A DNA stretch of 64,000 nt from an uncultured Deinococcaceae bacterium (GCA_964252075.1 CAXULY010000004.1:64001-128000); one strand, 5' to 3'. Positions 10,443-21,000 are shown, numbered from the stretch's first letter. Numbers and translations are program-made. The notes: generated by a model not told the origin, from the letters alone.

Positions 10443-10619
10443 ATGCACAACGAGCGGCAGGACTTCGTAGGGGGCATCGTCCGTCGGTTGTTCCGCCGGG
10501 AGGGCGTGCGCCGACCGCCGCCGGATGAGCCGGAGGGCGGCGCGGGCGTGCCGGTGCCCGCCGGGCCGCGCCCGCGCGTGGGTGGGGCGGCCGCCACGCT
10601 GCCCCCGAAGGCGCGCTGA
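10443..10619 (+). CDS. putative 58-aa small protein
   Basis: MHNERQDFVGGIVRRLFRREGVRRPPPDEPEGGAGVPVPAGPRPRVGGAAATLPPKAR fills the ruvX-DUF2339 gap; TAAGCT 5 nt before the ATG. Confidence 0.45.
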   Translation: MHNERQDFVGGIVRRLFRREGVRRPPPDEPEGGAGVPVPAGPRPRVGGAAATLPPKAR

Positions 10620-10658
10620 GCAGCCCGCGCCCACCCCGCCCGTGACCCGGAGGTTGCC

Positions 10659-13307
10659 TTGACCACCCTGCTCGCGCTGCTCGGCGTGCTGTACCTGATC
10701 GCACCCATCGTCAGCTTCGTGATGGCCCTGATGCAGCGGGGCCGCGTGACCACCCTGGAGCGCGAGCTGAGCGACGCGCGCCGGCGCCTGGAGGTGCTGG
10801 AGCGCCAGCTTCAGGGTGAGGGGCCGGGCAGGGTCGTCCTTCCTCCCGCCGCGCTCATCCCACCGCCGCCTGGGCTTCACCGGCACAGCGCGCCGCCCGC
10901 GCCCGTCCCGCTCAGCAAGCCGCTGGACGTCCCGCCTGCCGTGAAGCCCGCCCCGGCCCCCGCGGGCGTGCAGCCGCCAGTCACCACCCCGCCGCCCTCG
11001 CCCTCGCCGTTCTGGGGGTGGGTGACGGGGTTCTTCACGGGTTCGGGCGCGTTCGCGCGCATCGGGGCGGTGCTGCTGCTGATCGGCCTGGGGTCCCTGC
11101 TGAAGTACGCGAGCGACGCGGGCCTCATCAGTCCGCCGCTGCGCGTGCTGGCGGCCGTGCTGGTGGCGGCGGCGCTGTTTGCGGTGGGGTGGCGGCTGCG
11201 GGAGCGGCAGCGGCCCTTCGCGCTGGCGTTGCAGGGCGCGGCCTTCGGCATTCTGTACCTCACGGTGTACGCCGCGTGGCGCCTCTCGGACCTGCTGCCG
11301 GGCGGCGCGAGCCTCGCCCTGCTGGCCGTGCTGGGGGTGGGTCTGGGCGCCCTTGCGGTGCGGCAGAACGCGCAGGCGCTGGCGTGGCTGGGGATTCTGG
11401 GCGGGTTCCTCGCGCCGCTCCTCACGGCGGGGCCGGAGAGCGGTTTCGCGGCGGCGCTGTGGCCGTACTACCTGCTGCTGAACCTCGCGGTGTGCGCGCT
11501 CGCGTGGTGGCGGGACTGGCGGGCGCTGTACGCGCTGGGGTTCTTCTCGACCTTCGTGGTGGCGGTGCTGTGGGGTGTGCTGCGCGGACGACCCGACGCG
11601 GCGGGCGCAGCGGAGGTCACGCTGGTGCTGCTGGCGCTGCTGTACTTCGCGGTGCCGCTGCTGGAGGCGTGGCGGGGCCGCCCCGCGGGCGGTTTCGTGC
11701 AGGGCCTGCTGATCTTCGGGACGCCCGCCGTGTTCCTGAGTCTGCAGGGCGCGCTGCTGGGGTTCACGCGCACGCCGCTCGCCGTGAGCGCCCTCGCGGT
11801 GGCCGTGCTGGAGGGTGGGGCGGCGGTGTGGCTCGCGCGCGTGCGGCCCACCGCGCGGCTGGAGCGGCGCGGCTTCGCGGCGGTGGCGGCCACGGCGTTC
11901 ACGCTGGCGGTCCCGCTGGCCTTCGACTGGGACGTGACGGTGGGCGTGTGGGGCCTGCAGGGCGCGGCGCTCGCGTGGTACGCGGGCCGGGGGCGCTCGC
12001 GCGGGTGGGCGGCGGCGGGCCTCGCGGTGCAGGCGCTCGCACTGGGCGCGTGGTGGCTGGTGCTGGTGTTCACGGTGGCGCTCGACAGCGGGCGCCTCAC
12101 GCCGCCGGTGTTCGTGAACGCGCTGCTGCTGGGCGCGGCGGGCGTCCTGAGCGCGTGGGCGCTGGGCGGGCTGGGGCGCGGGTGGAGCGTCCCGGTGGGC
12201 GTGTACGGGGTTCTGGCGTGGCTGGGCAGCGGATGCCTCTACGCGCTGGACCGCTTCCCGGTGGGCGGGGACGCGCTGGCGCTGGCGTGGGTGGCGGTCA
12301 CGGCGCTGCTGGGCGCGCTCCTGGCCCCCCGACTGGGCGGCGCGGGTGACGTCCTGCGCTGGGCGGCGCTCGCGCCCGCGCCCGCCGCGCTGCTGCTGAC
12401 CCTGGCGCGCGTGGGGCAGCCGGACCCCCTCGCGCGGCTGGGCTGGCTGGGTTTCGCGCTGGCGCTCGCGCTGGGGTGGTGGAGCGCCGGGCAGGTCGCG
12501 CGGCCCGCCGTGACGCGCGCGTTCCGTGCGCTCGGCGTGTGGGTGGGCCTGCTGGTGCTGGCCTGGTGGCTCGCCGCGCGCCTGAACCCGCTGGGCGAGC
12601 CGTGGCCGACCCTGGCGTGGGCGTTGCTGCCGCTGGCGGCGCTGGTGACCGCAACGCTGCTCGCCGCGCGGCGCCCGGCATGGGCGCCGGGCTGGCGGCT
12701 GGGCTGGCTGCCCGTCCTCGCGGCGCTGCTGCTGTGGGCCTTCACGCACCTGGACCTGCCGCCGGAGGCGCCCGGCCTGCCGTACCTGCCGCTCCTCAAC
12801 CCCGCCGACCTGACGCTCGCGGCGGTGGGGCTCATGGGCTGGGCGGTGCTCACGCGCTCCGGGGCGCACCGCACGCCGGGCCTGCCGGACCTCATGGCGC
12901 CCGTGTGGGCGCGCCTCCCCGCGCGCCTCGCGCCACGCCTGCTGGGCGCGCTGGGCGTCGCGTGGTTCACCACCCTGCTGCTGCGCGCGGTCAGTCACTA
13001 CACCCTCGTGCCGTGGGACTGGGATGACCTGCTGGGGGACAGCGCCGCGCAGACCACCGTGACGCTCGGCTGGGCGGTGCTGGGCATCGCGGGCATGACG
13101 TGGGCGACGCGCCGCGGCGTGCGTGAAGTGTGGCTGATCGGCGCGGGCCTGCTGGCGCTCGTGACGCTCAAGTTGTTCCTGGTGGACCTGAGTGGCGTCT
13201 CCGCGCTCGCGCGCATCGTGAGCTTCCTGGGGGCGGGCGCGCTGTTCCTGCTGGTGGGGTACCTGAGCCCCGCGCCGCCGCAGGAGCGCGAGCGCGCCGC
13301 AGGCTGA
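10659..13307 (+). CDS. DUF2339-type large polytopic membrane protein
   Basis: N-terminal TM + coiled coil + Pro-rich linker, ARIGAVLLLIG..LLKYA, many TM helices, C-terminal KLFLVDLS..ARIVSFLGAG..VGYLSPAPP; TTG start with GGAGG. Confidence 0.85.
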   Translation: MTTLLALLGVLYLIAPIVSFVMALMQRGRVTTLERELSDARRRLEVLERQLQGEGPGRVVLPPAALIPPPPGLHRHSAPPAPVPLSKPLDVPPAVKPAPAPAGVQPPVTTPPPSPSPFWGWVTGFFTGSGAFARIGAVLLLIGLGSLLKYASDAGLISPPLRVLAAVLVAAALFAVGWRLRERQRPFALALQGAAFGILYLTVYAAWRLSDLLPGGASLALLAVLGVGLGALAVRQNAQALAWLGILGGFLAPLLTAGPESGFAAALWPYYLLLNLAVCALAWWRDWRALYALGFFSTFVVAVLWGVLRGRPDAAGAAEVTLVLLALLYFAVPLLEAWRGRPAGGFVQGLLIFGTPAVFLSLQGALLGFTRTPLAVSALAVAVLEGGAAVWLARVRPTARLERRGFAAVAATAFTLAVPLAFDWDVTVGVWGLQGAALAWYAGRGRSRGWAAAGLAVQALALGAWWLVLVFTVALDSGRLTPPVFVNALLLGAAGVLSAWALGGLGRGWSVPVGVYGVLAWLGSGCLYALDRFPVGGDALALAWVAVTALLGALLAPRLGGAGDVLRWAALAPAPAALLLTLARVGQPDPLARLGWLGFALALALGWWSAGQVARPAVTRAFRALGVWVGLLVLAWWLAARLNPLGEPWPTLAWALLPLAALVTATLLAARRPAWAPGWRLGWLPVLAALLLWAFTHLDLPPEAPGLPYLPLLNPADLTLAAVGLMGWAVLTRSGAHRTPGLPDLMAPVWARLPARLAPRLLGALGVAWFTTLLLRAVSHYTLVPWDWDDLLGDSAAQTTVTLGWAVLGIAGMTWATRRGVREVWLIGAGLLALVTLKLFLVDLSGVSALARIVSFLGAGALFLLVGYLSPAPPQERERAAG

Positions 13308-13761
13308 GGCGCGGCCCACAGGCCGTCGCGCGCTCCAGTCCCAGAGAGCGCGTCGTGGGGAAGCCCGCCGCGCGGCCCTGCCAGAACACGTCGCGCAGCG
13401 CGGCGGGCCGCACGTCGAGCGCCGCGAGGTCCGCGCGCGTGAGGAAGCGCGCGTCCACGAGGCGCTCGCGCTCCTCGGGCTCGCGGTGGTCGAGGGACAG
13501 CGCGCCGCCCACCTCGCGGCACCGCAGGAACGACTCGTGGATGCGCAGGTCCAGCACGATCAGGTCCTGCACGTACAGCAGGCGCTCGGCGCGCACGATG
13601 AGGCCCGTCTCCTCGCGCACCTCACGCTCCGCGCCCGCGAGGAGGTCCTCGTCGCCCTCCAGGCCGCCGCCGGGCGGCACCCAGAAGTCGTACTGGCCCG
13701 CCTGCCGGTGGCGCATGAGCAGCAGGCGCTCGCCGCGCAGGACGAGGCCCGCAGCGCTCAC
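13168..13761 (-). CDS. NUDIX hydrolase
   Basis: Nudix box GGGLEGDEDLLAGAEREVREETG; start uncertain (GTG 13761); 3' end overlaps the DUF2339 gene. Confidence 0.8.
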   Translation of the reverse strand: MSAAGLVLRGERLLLMRHRQAGQYDFWVPPGGGLEGDEDLLAGAEREVREETGLIVRAERLLYVQDLIVLDLRIHESFLRCREVGGALSLDHREPEERERLVDARFLTRADLAALDVRPAALRDVFWQGRAAGFPTTRSLGLERATACGPRLSLRRARAPAAARGSGTPPAGTARPPPGSSRCARARRRHSGPPGTT

Positions 13762-13777
13762 GCGGTGCCGCGTGCGC

Positions 13778-14761
13778 TCAGCCCTGCCGTTCGGCCTGCT
13801 CCAGCAGGGCGCGGGCGGTGGGTTCGTCCACCACGAGGTCACTCATGAAGCCGCCGCGCAGCGCGGCGAGCAGGGCGGGCACCTTGCCGAGGCCGGACAC
13901 CACGCACAGGCGGCGGGGCGCCCGCTGGAAGAGGGTGAGGTCCGGGCCGCTGGCGCGCGCGTTGAGGGCCACGTCGCGGAAGCTGCCGTCCGCGCGGTAG
14001 AAGACGGTGGCGATGTCGCCCACCACGCGGTCCGCGTCGAGCGCGCCGAGGTCGGCGGCGCCGAGGTACCCGCCCATGTACACGTGGCTGGGCGTGTGCG
14101 CCTGTCGGCTGCCAACGGAGTACAGCAGCACGTCCGCGCGGCGCTGGATGTCAATGACGTGCCGCACGCTCTGCTCGCCCCACATGGCGCGCTTGGTGTC
14201 GGGCGAGTCGAAGAAGGCGGGCACCGGGAACAGCCACGCGCGCGCGCCGTAGTTGCGGGCGAAGCGCAGCACGGTGTCGCTCACGAAGCCGTTCACGAGG
14301 TCGAAGGCGGTGGCGCTGCCGTTGAGCTGCACGAACTCCACGCCCGCCACCTGTCCGGGCGTGAGGGCGCGGGAGACGGCGTCGAGGGTATTGCCCCAGG
14401 CGAGCCCGACCGTCTGTCCTGGGCGCAGGCTGGCGCTGAGGAGCCGCGCGGCGCTCACCGCGACGCGCTCCAGCCACAGGCCGTCGTCGCTGCCCGCGGG
14501 GACGCTCACGACGTGCGGGTGCAGGAAGGGGAAGCGCTCGCGCAGGGCGTCCTCGAGGCGCTGGGGGTGCTCGCGTGGGTCGTGAATGCGGATCTCGACG
14601 AGGCCGAGGCGGCGCGCGAGGGTGAGGAGGCGGGACACCTTGGGGCGGGAGAGCCCGAGTTCGCGGGCGATGGCGTCGGTGGTGAGGCCCTGGTGGTAGT
14701 ACAGCCGCGCGATCTGCACGGCCTGCACCGCCTGGTCGTCCGGCGTGGACTTGAGCTGCAC
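13778..14761 (-). CDS. SorC/DeoR-type sugar-binding transcriptional regulator (probable glycerol regulator)
   Basis: ARLYY..GLT..IARELGLSRPKVSRLL HTH, GLAWGNTL and VGDI motifs; divergent from the glp operon. Confidence 0.9.
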   Translation of the reverse strand: MQLKSTPDDQAVQAVQIARLYYHQGLTTDAIARELGLSRPKVSRLLTLARRLGLVEIRIHDPREHPQRLEDALRERFPFLHPHVVSVPAGSDDGLWLERVAVSAARLLSASLRPGQTVGLAWGNTLDAVSRALTPGQVAGVEFVQLNGSATAFDLVNGFVSDTVLRFARNYGARAWLFPVPAFFDSPDTKRAMWGEQSVRHVIDIQRRADVLLYSVGSRQAHTPSHVYMGGYLGAADLGALDADRVVGDIATVFYRADGSFRDVALNARASGPDLTLFQRAPRRLCVVSGLGKVPALLAALRGGFMSDLVVDEPTARALLEQAERQG

Positions 14762-14785
14762 CCCGCCACGATACCGCGCGCGGCT

Positions 14786-14835
14786 TGAACATTTGTTCAG
14801 TGCACTTGACAAAGTGTTCAACCGGGACGTAGAAA
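14786..14835. promoter_or_regulatory. two palindromic operator-like sites overlapping the glp promoter
   Basis: TGAACA-TT-TGTTCA (14786-14799) and TTGACAAAGTGTTCAA (14806-14821); TTGACA -35 at 14806 and TAGAAA -10-like at 14830. Confidence 0.65.
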
Positions 14836-14916
14836 AAGTGAACGTCAAGGACGGGAGACGCAGCGGCCGGAAGGACACCTTCCGGCGCCCTCCCGGCGCG
14901 CGGCAAAGGAGAGCGT

Positions 14917-16656
14917 GTGAAAACTGCCCGATTTCTGTTCTGGCTGGGTGCGGCCCTCGTGCTGGTGGGCGGCCTCATCGCCTACTTCACGCAGACCGCC
15001 GGGCGCACCATCGCGGTGCGCGACGTGCGCTTCATGGGCGCGAACGGCACGCAACTCAGTGCCCTGCTGTACGTCCCGAAGGGTGTGACCGCCAAGACCC
15101 CGGCGCCCGGCATCCTGGCGGTGCACGGGTACATCAACTCCCGTGAGGCGCAGGCGGACTTCGCCATCGAGTTCGCGCGGCGCGGCTACGTGGTGCTGTC
15201 CATGGATCAGGCAGGGCACGGGTACAGCGACGCGCCCGCCTTCGCGAACGGCTTCGGTGGCCCGGCGGGCCTCGCGTACCTGCGCAGCCTGGACCTCGTG
15301 GACAAGAACAACATCGGGCTGGAGGGGCACTCCATGGGCGGCTGGACCATCCTGAACGCCGCCGCCGCTTACCCGGACGGCTACAAGGCGATGGTGCTGG
15401 AAGGCTCCTCGACGGGCTCGGGCTTCGCGCCGGAAGGCACGCCCACCTACCCCCGCAACCTGGGCTTGGTGTACAGCAAGTTCGACGAGTTCTCGCAGCT
15501 GATGTGGGAGGTGGACCGCGCGCAGGACGTCACGGGCAGCGCGAAGCTGAAGAAGGCCTTCGGCACGACCGACACCATCAAGCCCGAGCAGCTGTATGGG
15601 GACATCCAGGCGGGCACCGCGCGCATGCTGTTCACGCCCACCACCACGCACCCCGGCGATCACCTGTCCGGCACCGCCATCGGGGACGCCATCACGTGGT
15701 TCGGGCGCACCCTCACGGGCGCCCGGCCGCTGCCCGCCACGAACCAGATCTGGCAGTGGAAGGAGTTCGGCACGACGCTCGGCTGGGGCGGCTTCGTGCT
15801 GCTGGTGCTTGGCACGGGCGGCCTGCTGCTCGGCACACCGTACTTCGCGAACATGCGCCGCTCGCCCGGCGAGCCGCGCGGCGCGGTGGGCGGCGGCTGG
15901 TGGCTGGCCGCGGTCCTGACGCTCGCCATCCCGCTGTTCACGTACTTCCCGTTCTTCCACCTCGCGGACCGCATCATCAAGCCGAGCGCCTTCTGGCCGC
16001 AGACCATCACCACGGAAATCATGGTGTGGGCGGTGCTGAACACCGTGATCTCGCTGATCCTGTTCCTGGTGTGGCGCGCCACCACCCGCAACCGCCCGTC
16101 CGGCGCGCAGGATTATGGCCTCGCCGGGCCGCGCGGCCTGGAGTGGGGGGACATCGGGAAGTCCGCGCTGCTCGCGCTCGCGGCGGTCGGGGTGGGGTAC
16201 CTGTCCCTGGTCCTCACGGACTTCTTCTTCAAGGTGGATTACCGCTTCTGGTTCGTGGGCCTCAAGCTCATGAACACCGGCCAGTTCAGAATGTTCCTGT
16301 GCTACCTGATTCCCTTCACCCTGTACGCGCTGATGGCCGCCACCGTGCTGCACGGCCAGATGCGCCGCAGCGTGCGCGACAACATGCTGCTGAACGTGCT
16401 GCTGCTGGCGGGGGGCTTCCTGGTGTTCCTGGTGCTGCAGTACGGCACGCTGTTCATCCGCGGCGCGCTGTTCACGCCGAGCGAGCCGCTGAACGTGATC
16501 GTCGCGATTCAGTTCCTGCCGATCCTCGCGATCCTCGGGGTGTTCATGAGTTACTTCGCGCGCAACACGGCGCGCGTGTACACCGGGGCGTTCGTGTCCG
16601 CGCTGTTCGTGACGTGGTACATCGTGGCGGGCCAGGCGACGCAGTTCCCGATCTAA
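14917..16656 (+). CDS. membrane-anchored alpha/beta hydrolase with a C-terminal multi-TM domain
   Basis: N-terminal TM, HGY oxyanion, [14 protein letters not shown] nucleophile elbow, multiple C-terminal TM helices. Confidence 0.85.
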   Translation: MKTARFLFWLGAALVLVGGLIAYFTQTAGRTIAVRDVRFMGANGTQLSALLYVPKGVTAKTPAPGILAVHGYINSREAQADFAIEFARRGYVVLSMDQAGHGYSDAPAFANGFGGPAGLAYLRSLDLVDKNNIGLEGHSMGGWTILNAAAAYPDGYKAMVLEGSSTGSGFAPEGTPTYPRNLGLVYSKFDEFSQLMWEVDRAQDVTGSAKLKKAFGTTDTIKPEQLYGDIQAGTARMLFTPTTTHPGDHLSGTAIGDAITWFGRTLTGARPLPATNQIWQWKEFGTTLGWGGFVLLVLGTGGLLLGTPYFANMRRSPGEPRGAVGGGWWLAAVLTLAIPLFTYFPFFHLADRIIKPSAFWPQTITTEIMVWAVLNTVISLILFLVWRATTRNRPSGAQDYGLAGPRGLEWGDIGKSALLALAAVGVGYLSLVLTDFFFKVDYRFWFVGLKLMNTGQFRMFLCYLIPFTLYALMAATVLHGQMRRSVRDNMLLNVLLLAGGFLVFLVLQYGTLFIRGALFTPSEPLNVIVAIQFLPILAILGVFMSYFARNTARVYTGAFVSALFVTWYIVAGQATQFPI

Positions 16657-16666
16657 AGGACCACCC

Positions 16667-18157
16667 ATGAGCGAGTACATCCTGGCCCTGGATCAGGGCA
16701 CCACCTCCAGCCGCGCGATCGTCTTCGACCGCGCGGGGGGGGTGCGCGCCCGAGCGCAGAAGGAATTCCGGCAGATCTTTCCCGCGCCGGGCCTCGTGGA
16801 GCACGACGCGCGCGAGATCTGGAGCACCCAGATCGGCGTGGCGCAGGAGGCGCTGGCGCGCGCGGGGTTGCGCGCGCGGGACATCGCGGCCATCGGCATC
16901 ACGAACCAGCGGGAGACGGTGGTGGTGTGGGAGCGCGCGAGCGGGCGCCCGGTGGGGCACGCCATCGTGTGGCAGGACCGCCGCACCGCCGCGGACTGCG
17001 ACGCCCTGCGCGCGCGCGGCGTGGAGCCCACCTTCCAGGCGAAGACGGGACTGCGCCTCGACCCGTACTTCAGTGGCACCAAACTCAAGTGGCTGCTGGA
17101 CCACACGGAGGGTGCGCGCGCGCGCGCGGAGCGCGGCGAGCTGTGCTTCGGCACGGTGGACTCGTGGCTGGTACACCAGCTGACGGGCGGCGCGCTGCAC
17201 GTCACGGACGCCACCAACGCCAGCCGCACGCTGCTCTTCAACATCCACACCGGCGACTGGGACGATGAGCTGCTCGCGCTGCTGGACGTGCCGCGCGCCA
17301 TGCTGCCCGAGGTGCGCGCCAGCAGTGAGGTGTACGGCGAGACGCAGGAGGGTCTGTTCGGCGCGCGCATTCCCGTGGCGGGCATCGCGGGCGACCAGCA
17401 GGCCGCAACCTTCGGGCAGGCGTGCCTCACGCGCGGCATGGTGAAGAACACCTACGGCACCGGCTGCTTCATGCTCCTGAACACCGGCGAGGAGCCCGTG
17501 CCGAGCGCGCATCAGCTGCTGAGCACCGTCGCGTGGCGCCTCCCGCAGGGCACGCAGTACGCCCTGGAGGGCAGCGTGTTCGTGGCGGGCGCGGTCGTGC
17601 AGTGGCTGCGCGACGGCCTGAAGATCATCCGCACGGCGGAGGACGTCGAGGCGCTCGCGGCGAGCGAACCGGACAACGGCGGCGTGTACCTCGTGCCGGC
17701 CTTCGTGGGGCTCGGCGCGCCGCACTGGGACCCGTACGCACGCGGCCTCATTCATGGCCTCACGCGCGGCGCGACGGGGGGGCACCTCGCGCGCGCCGCG
17801 CTGGAGAGCGTGGCGTACCAGACGGCGGACGTGCTGTCCGCCATGCGGCAGGACAGCGGCCTGGACATCCCGGAGTTGCGCGTGGACGGCGGCGCGAGCA
17901 GCAACAACCTGCTCATGCAGTTCCAGGCGGACGTGCTGGACGTGCCGGTGCTGCGCCCGAAGGTCACGGAGACGACCGCGCTGGGCGCCGCGTACCTCGC
18001 GGGCCTCGCGGTGGGCTTCTGGTCCGGCGCGGAGGAACTGGCGTCGCTGTGGCAGCTGGACCGGCGCTTCGAACCGCAGATGCATGCGGACGAACGCGCG
18101 CGCCTGCTGTCCGGGTGGCACAAGGCCGTGGAGCGCGCCAAAGGCTGGGCGGAGTAA
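16667..18157 (+). CDS. glpK: glycerol kinase
   Basis: [37 protein letters not shown] and RVDGGA motifs. Confidence 0.97.
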   Translation: MSEYILALDQGTTSSRAIVFDRAGGVRARAQKEFRQIFPAPGLVEHDAREIWSTQIGVAQEALARAGLRARDIAAIGITNQRETVVVWERASGRPVGHAIVWQDRRTAADCDALRARGVEPTFQAKTGLRLDPYFSGTKLKWLLDHTEGARARAERGELCFGTVDSWLVHQLTGGALHVTDATNASRTLLFNIHTGDWDDELLALLDVPRAMLPEVRASSEVYGETQEGLFGARIPVAGIAGDQQAATFGQACLTRGMVKNTYGTGCFMLLNTGEEPVPSAHQLLSTVAWRLPQGTQYALEGSVFVAGAVVQWLRDGLKIIRTAEDVEALAASEPDNGGVYLVPAFVGLGAPHWDPYARGLIHGLTRGATGGHLARAALESVAYQTADVLSAMRQDSGLDIPELRVDGGASSNNLLMQFQADVLDVPVLRPKVTETTALGAAYLAGLAVGFWSGAEELASLWQLDRRFEPQMHADERARLLSGWHKAVERAKGWAE

Positions 18158-18276
18158 CGGGTGACCGGCAGGCGCCCAGACCCGACACCCGTGTCTCCCT
18201 CACCGACCACCTCGGATTGATCGTTCAAACTATCACTCTCCTCGCGCTCCTTGGCGCAGAATCAGGCAGGACCCAC

Positions 18277-19845
18277 ATGACTGCACCCACCCGAACTGAA
18301 CTCCTCGCGCAGCTCCAGACGCCCGAACCGTGGGACGTCATCGTGATTGGCGGCGGCGCGTCCGGCCTGGGCAGCGCCGTGGAGGCCGCCACGCGCGGCT
18401 ACCGCACGCTGCTCCTGGAGGCCTTCGATTACGCGAAGGGCACCTCCAGCCGCTCCACGAAACTCGTGCACGGCGGCGTGCGCTACCTCGCGCAGGGCAA
18501 CATCAGCCTCGTGCGCGAGGCGCTGCACGAGCGCGGCCTGCTGCGCCAGAACGCCCCGCACCTCGTGCACGACCTGAGCTTCGTGGTGCCCGCCTACGAC
18601 TGGTGGGCGGGGCCGTTCTACGGTATCGGCCTGAAGGTGTACGACCTGCTCGCGGGCCGCCTGAACCTCGGCAGCAGCAAGAACCTCGACGCGGAACGCG
18701 CCTTGGAGCGCGCCCCCACCCTGAAGCGCGAGGGCCTGCGCGGCGGCATCCTGTACTTCGACGGGCAGTTCGACGACGCGCGCCTCGCCGTGACGCTCCT
18801 GCGCACGCTGCTGGACGCGGGCGGCGTCGCCGTGAACTACGCGCCCGTGACGGGCCTCCTGAAGAACGAGGAGGGCAAGGTCGCGGGCGTGCGCGCGCGC
18901 GACGCGGAGACCGGCGCGGAGTTCGAGCTGCGCGCGAAGAGCGTCATCAACGCCACGGGCGTGTTCGTGGATCAGATCCGGCACATGGACGACCCCGGCG
19001 CGAACGCCATGCTGTCGCCCAGCCAGGGCGTGCACGTGGTGGTGCCCCGGCGCTTCCTGCCGGGCGACAGCGCCATCATGATTCCCCGCACGGAGGACGG
19101 CCGCGTGCTGTTCGCGGTGCCGTGGCACGACCACACCGTGATCGGCACGACCGACACGCCCGTGCCGGAGGCGAGCCTGGAGCCGCGCGCGCTGCCCGAG
19201 GAAATTGACTTCATCCTGCGGACCGCCGCGCAGTACATGGACCCTGCGCCCACCCGAGCGGACGTGCTGAGCGTGTACGTGGGCCTGCGCCCGCTCGTGA
19301 AGGCCGAGAAGACGGACGGCGCGGGCAGCACCGCGCAGCTCTCCCGCGACCACGTGATCCGCATCTCCGAGAGCGGCCTGCTGACCCTCACGGGCGGCAA
19401 GTGGACGACGTACCGCCGCATGGGCGAGGACGCCGTGAACCGCGCGGCGGTGCTGGGCGGCCTGCCGGAGCGCCTGACCACCACGCCCGCGCTGCACCTG
19501 CACGGCTGGACGCAGCACCCCGAGGCGGAACCGTGGGGCGTGTACGGCACGGACGCCGCGCGCGTGCGCGAACTGCCCGGAGCGGACGCGCTGCTGCACC
19601 CGGAACTCCCGTACACGGAGGCGCAGGTGCGCTTCGCGGCGCGCTTCGAGCAGGCCCGCACCGTCGAGGACGTGCTGTCGCGCCGCACGCGCGCCCTTCT
19701 GATCGGCGCGCGCGCCGCGAGCGAGGCCGCCCCGCGCGTCGCGGCGATCCTTGCCGAGGAGCTGGGCTTCGATGCCTCGTGGCAGGCGGCGCAGGTGCAG
19801 GAATTCCAGGCGCTCGCGCGCGGCTACCAGCTCGACCCGGCGTGA
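18277..19845 (+). CDS. glpD: FAD-dependent glycerol-3-phosphate dehydrogenase
   Basis: IGGGASG, GTSSRSTKLVHGGVRYL, DGQFDDARL and GGKWTTYR motifs. Confidence 0.95.
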   Translation: MTAPTRTELLAQLQTPEPWDVIVIGGGASGLGSAVEAATRGYRTLLLEAFDYAKGTSSRSTKLVHGGVRYLAQGNISLVREALHERGLLRQNAPHLVHDLSFVVPAYDWWAGPFYGIGLKVYDLLAGRLNLGSSKNLDAERALERAPTLKREGLRGGILYFDGQFDDARLAVTLLRTLLDAGGVAVNYAPVTGLLKNEEGKVAGVRARDAETGAEFELRAKSVINATGVFVDQIRHMDDPGANAMLSPSQGVHVVVPRRFLPGDSAIMIPRTEDGRVLFAVPWHDHTVIGTTDTPVPEASLEPRALPEEIDFILRTAAQYMDPAPTRADVLSVYVGLRPLVKAEKTDGAGSTAQLSRDHVIRISESGLLTLTGGKWTTYRRMGEDAVNRAAVLGGLPERLTTTPALHLHGWTQHPEAEPWGVYGTDAARVRELPGADALLHPELPYTEAQVRFAARFEQARTVEDVLSRRTRALLIGARAASEAAPRVAAILAEELGFDASWQAAQVQEFQALARGYQLDPA

Positions 19846-19856
19846 GGGAGGCATCA

Positions 19857-19880
19857 GGGGAGGCCGCGTGCGGCCTCCCC
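19857..19880 (+). terminator. hairpin after glpD
   Basis: GGGGAGGCCGC-GT-GCGGCCTCCCC. Confidence 0.55.
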
Positions 19881-19917
19881 TCCCCTGTTCCTGACGAGGG
19901 TCCTTTAGGCTGACCGC

Positions 19918-20568
19918 ATGCACCCTCGGCTCGCGGCGGTCCTGAACGGCGTCTCCCTCACTGGTGACCTCGCGCGTGACACGGACGCCCTCTTCGCGCA
20001 GGCGGGGAGCCGCATCACGCGCGAGCACGTGCCGCGCGTCGCGCGCCTCGCGCAGGAACTCGCGGGGCGCTTCGGCCTGGACCCGGATCAGGCGGTGACC
20101 GCGGCGTACCTGCACGACGTGGGCGGCGCCTTCCCGCGCAGCGAGATGGTCGCCGCCTGCACGGACCTGGGCCTGATCGTGCTACCGGAGGAGCGGCAGG
20201 TGCCCATGCTGCTGCACCAGAAGCTCAGCGCGGAACTCGCGCGCGAAGCCTTCGGCGTGACGGACGCGGCGGTGCTGGACGCCGTGCGCTGCCACACCAC
20301 CCTGCGCGCGCACGCCACGCCGCTGGACGAACTGCTGTTCCTTGCGGACAAGATCGAGTGGGACCGCGGCGGCGAGCCGCCCTACAAGGCCAACCTGCTG
20401 TCCACAATGGACGGTGGTCTGACTGCCGGCGCGCGCTGGCTGCTGGCGTACCTGCATGACCACCCTGAGGACCTCCTGGTGGTTCACCCGTGGCTGCGCG
20501 AGGCGTGGGCGTGGTACGGCGTGACGTGGGTGTGTACCCTCGGCGCATGTGGCACCAACGCGACCTGA
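19918..20568 (+). CDS. yqeK: HD-domain YqeK-family Ap4A hydrolase
   Basis: H..RVA, LHDVG, LLHQKLSA, CHTT and ADKIE motifs; TAGGCT -10 box 6 nt before the ATG. Confidence 0.8.
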   Translation: MHPRLAAVLNGVSLTGDLARDTDALFAQAGSRITREHVPRVARLAQELAGRFGLDPDQAVTAAYLHDVGGAFPRSEMVAACTDLGLIVLPEERQVPMLLHQKLSAELAREAFGVTDAAVLDAVRCHTTLRAHATPLDELLFLADKIEWDRGGEPPYKANLLSTMDGGLTAGARWLLAYLHDHPEDLLVVHPWLREAWAWYGVTWVCTLGACGTNAT

Positions 20569-20966
20569 CCCTGCGCGCCCGCCCGCGCGGCTACCACCTC
20601 ATCACCTCGGACGTGCTGGACGCCCTGCCGGAACTGCGCGGGGTGCGGGTGGGGCTGCTGCACGTGTTCATCCAGCACACCAGCGCCAGCCTGCTGCTGA
20701 ACGAGAACGCCAGCCCGGACGTGCGCGGCGACTTCGAGCGCTTCACGCGCCACCTCGTGCCGGACGGCTGGCCGGCCTTCCAGCACACCCTGGAAGGCCC
20801 GGACGACATGAGCGCGCACATCAAGGCGAGCCTCTTCGGGCCGAGCCTCACCCTGCCCGTGCGCGCGGGGCGCCTGCACCTGGGCACGTGGCAGGGCGTG
20901 TACCTCGCGGAGCACCGCGACGACGGCGGACCGAGGCGCCTCACGCTCACCCTGCACGGGGAATGA
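20547..20966 (+). CDS. yjbQ: YjbQ/UPF0047 family protein
   Basis: HTSASL..NENA, HTLEGPDDM.AHIK and LGTWQGVY motifs. Confidence 0.92.
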   Translation: MWHQRDLTLRARPRGYHLITSDVLDALPELRGVRVGLLHVFIQHTSASLLLNENASPDVRGDFERFTRHLVPDGWPAFQHTLEGPDDMSAHIKASLFGPSLTLPVRAGRLHLGTWQGVYLAEHRDDGGPRRLTLTLHGE

Positions 20967-21000
20967 GAATCAGAGGAAAGAGAAGTGGGTAGGATGAGTC

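Noticed and set aside
18158..18276. Open frame upstream of and in frame with glpD
   Set aside because: No credible start or homology; glpD motifs begin after ATG 18277.
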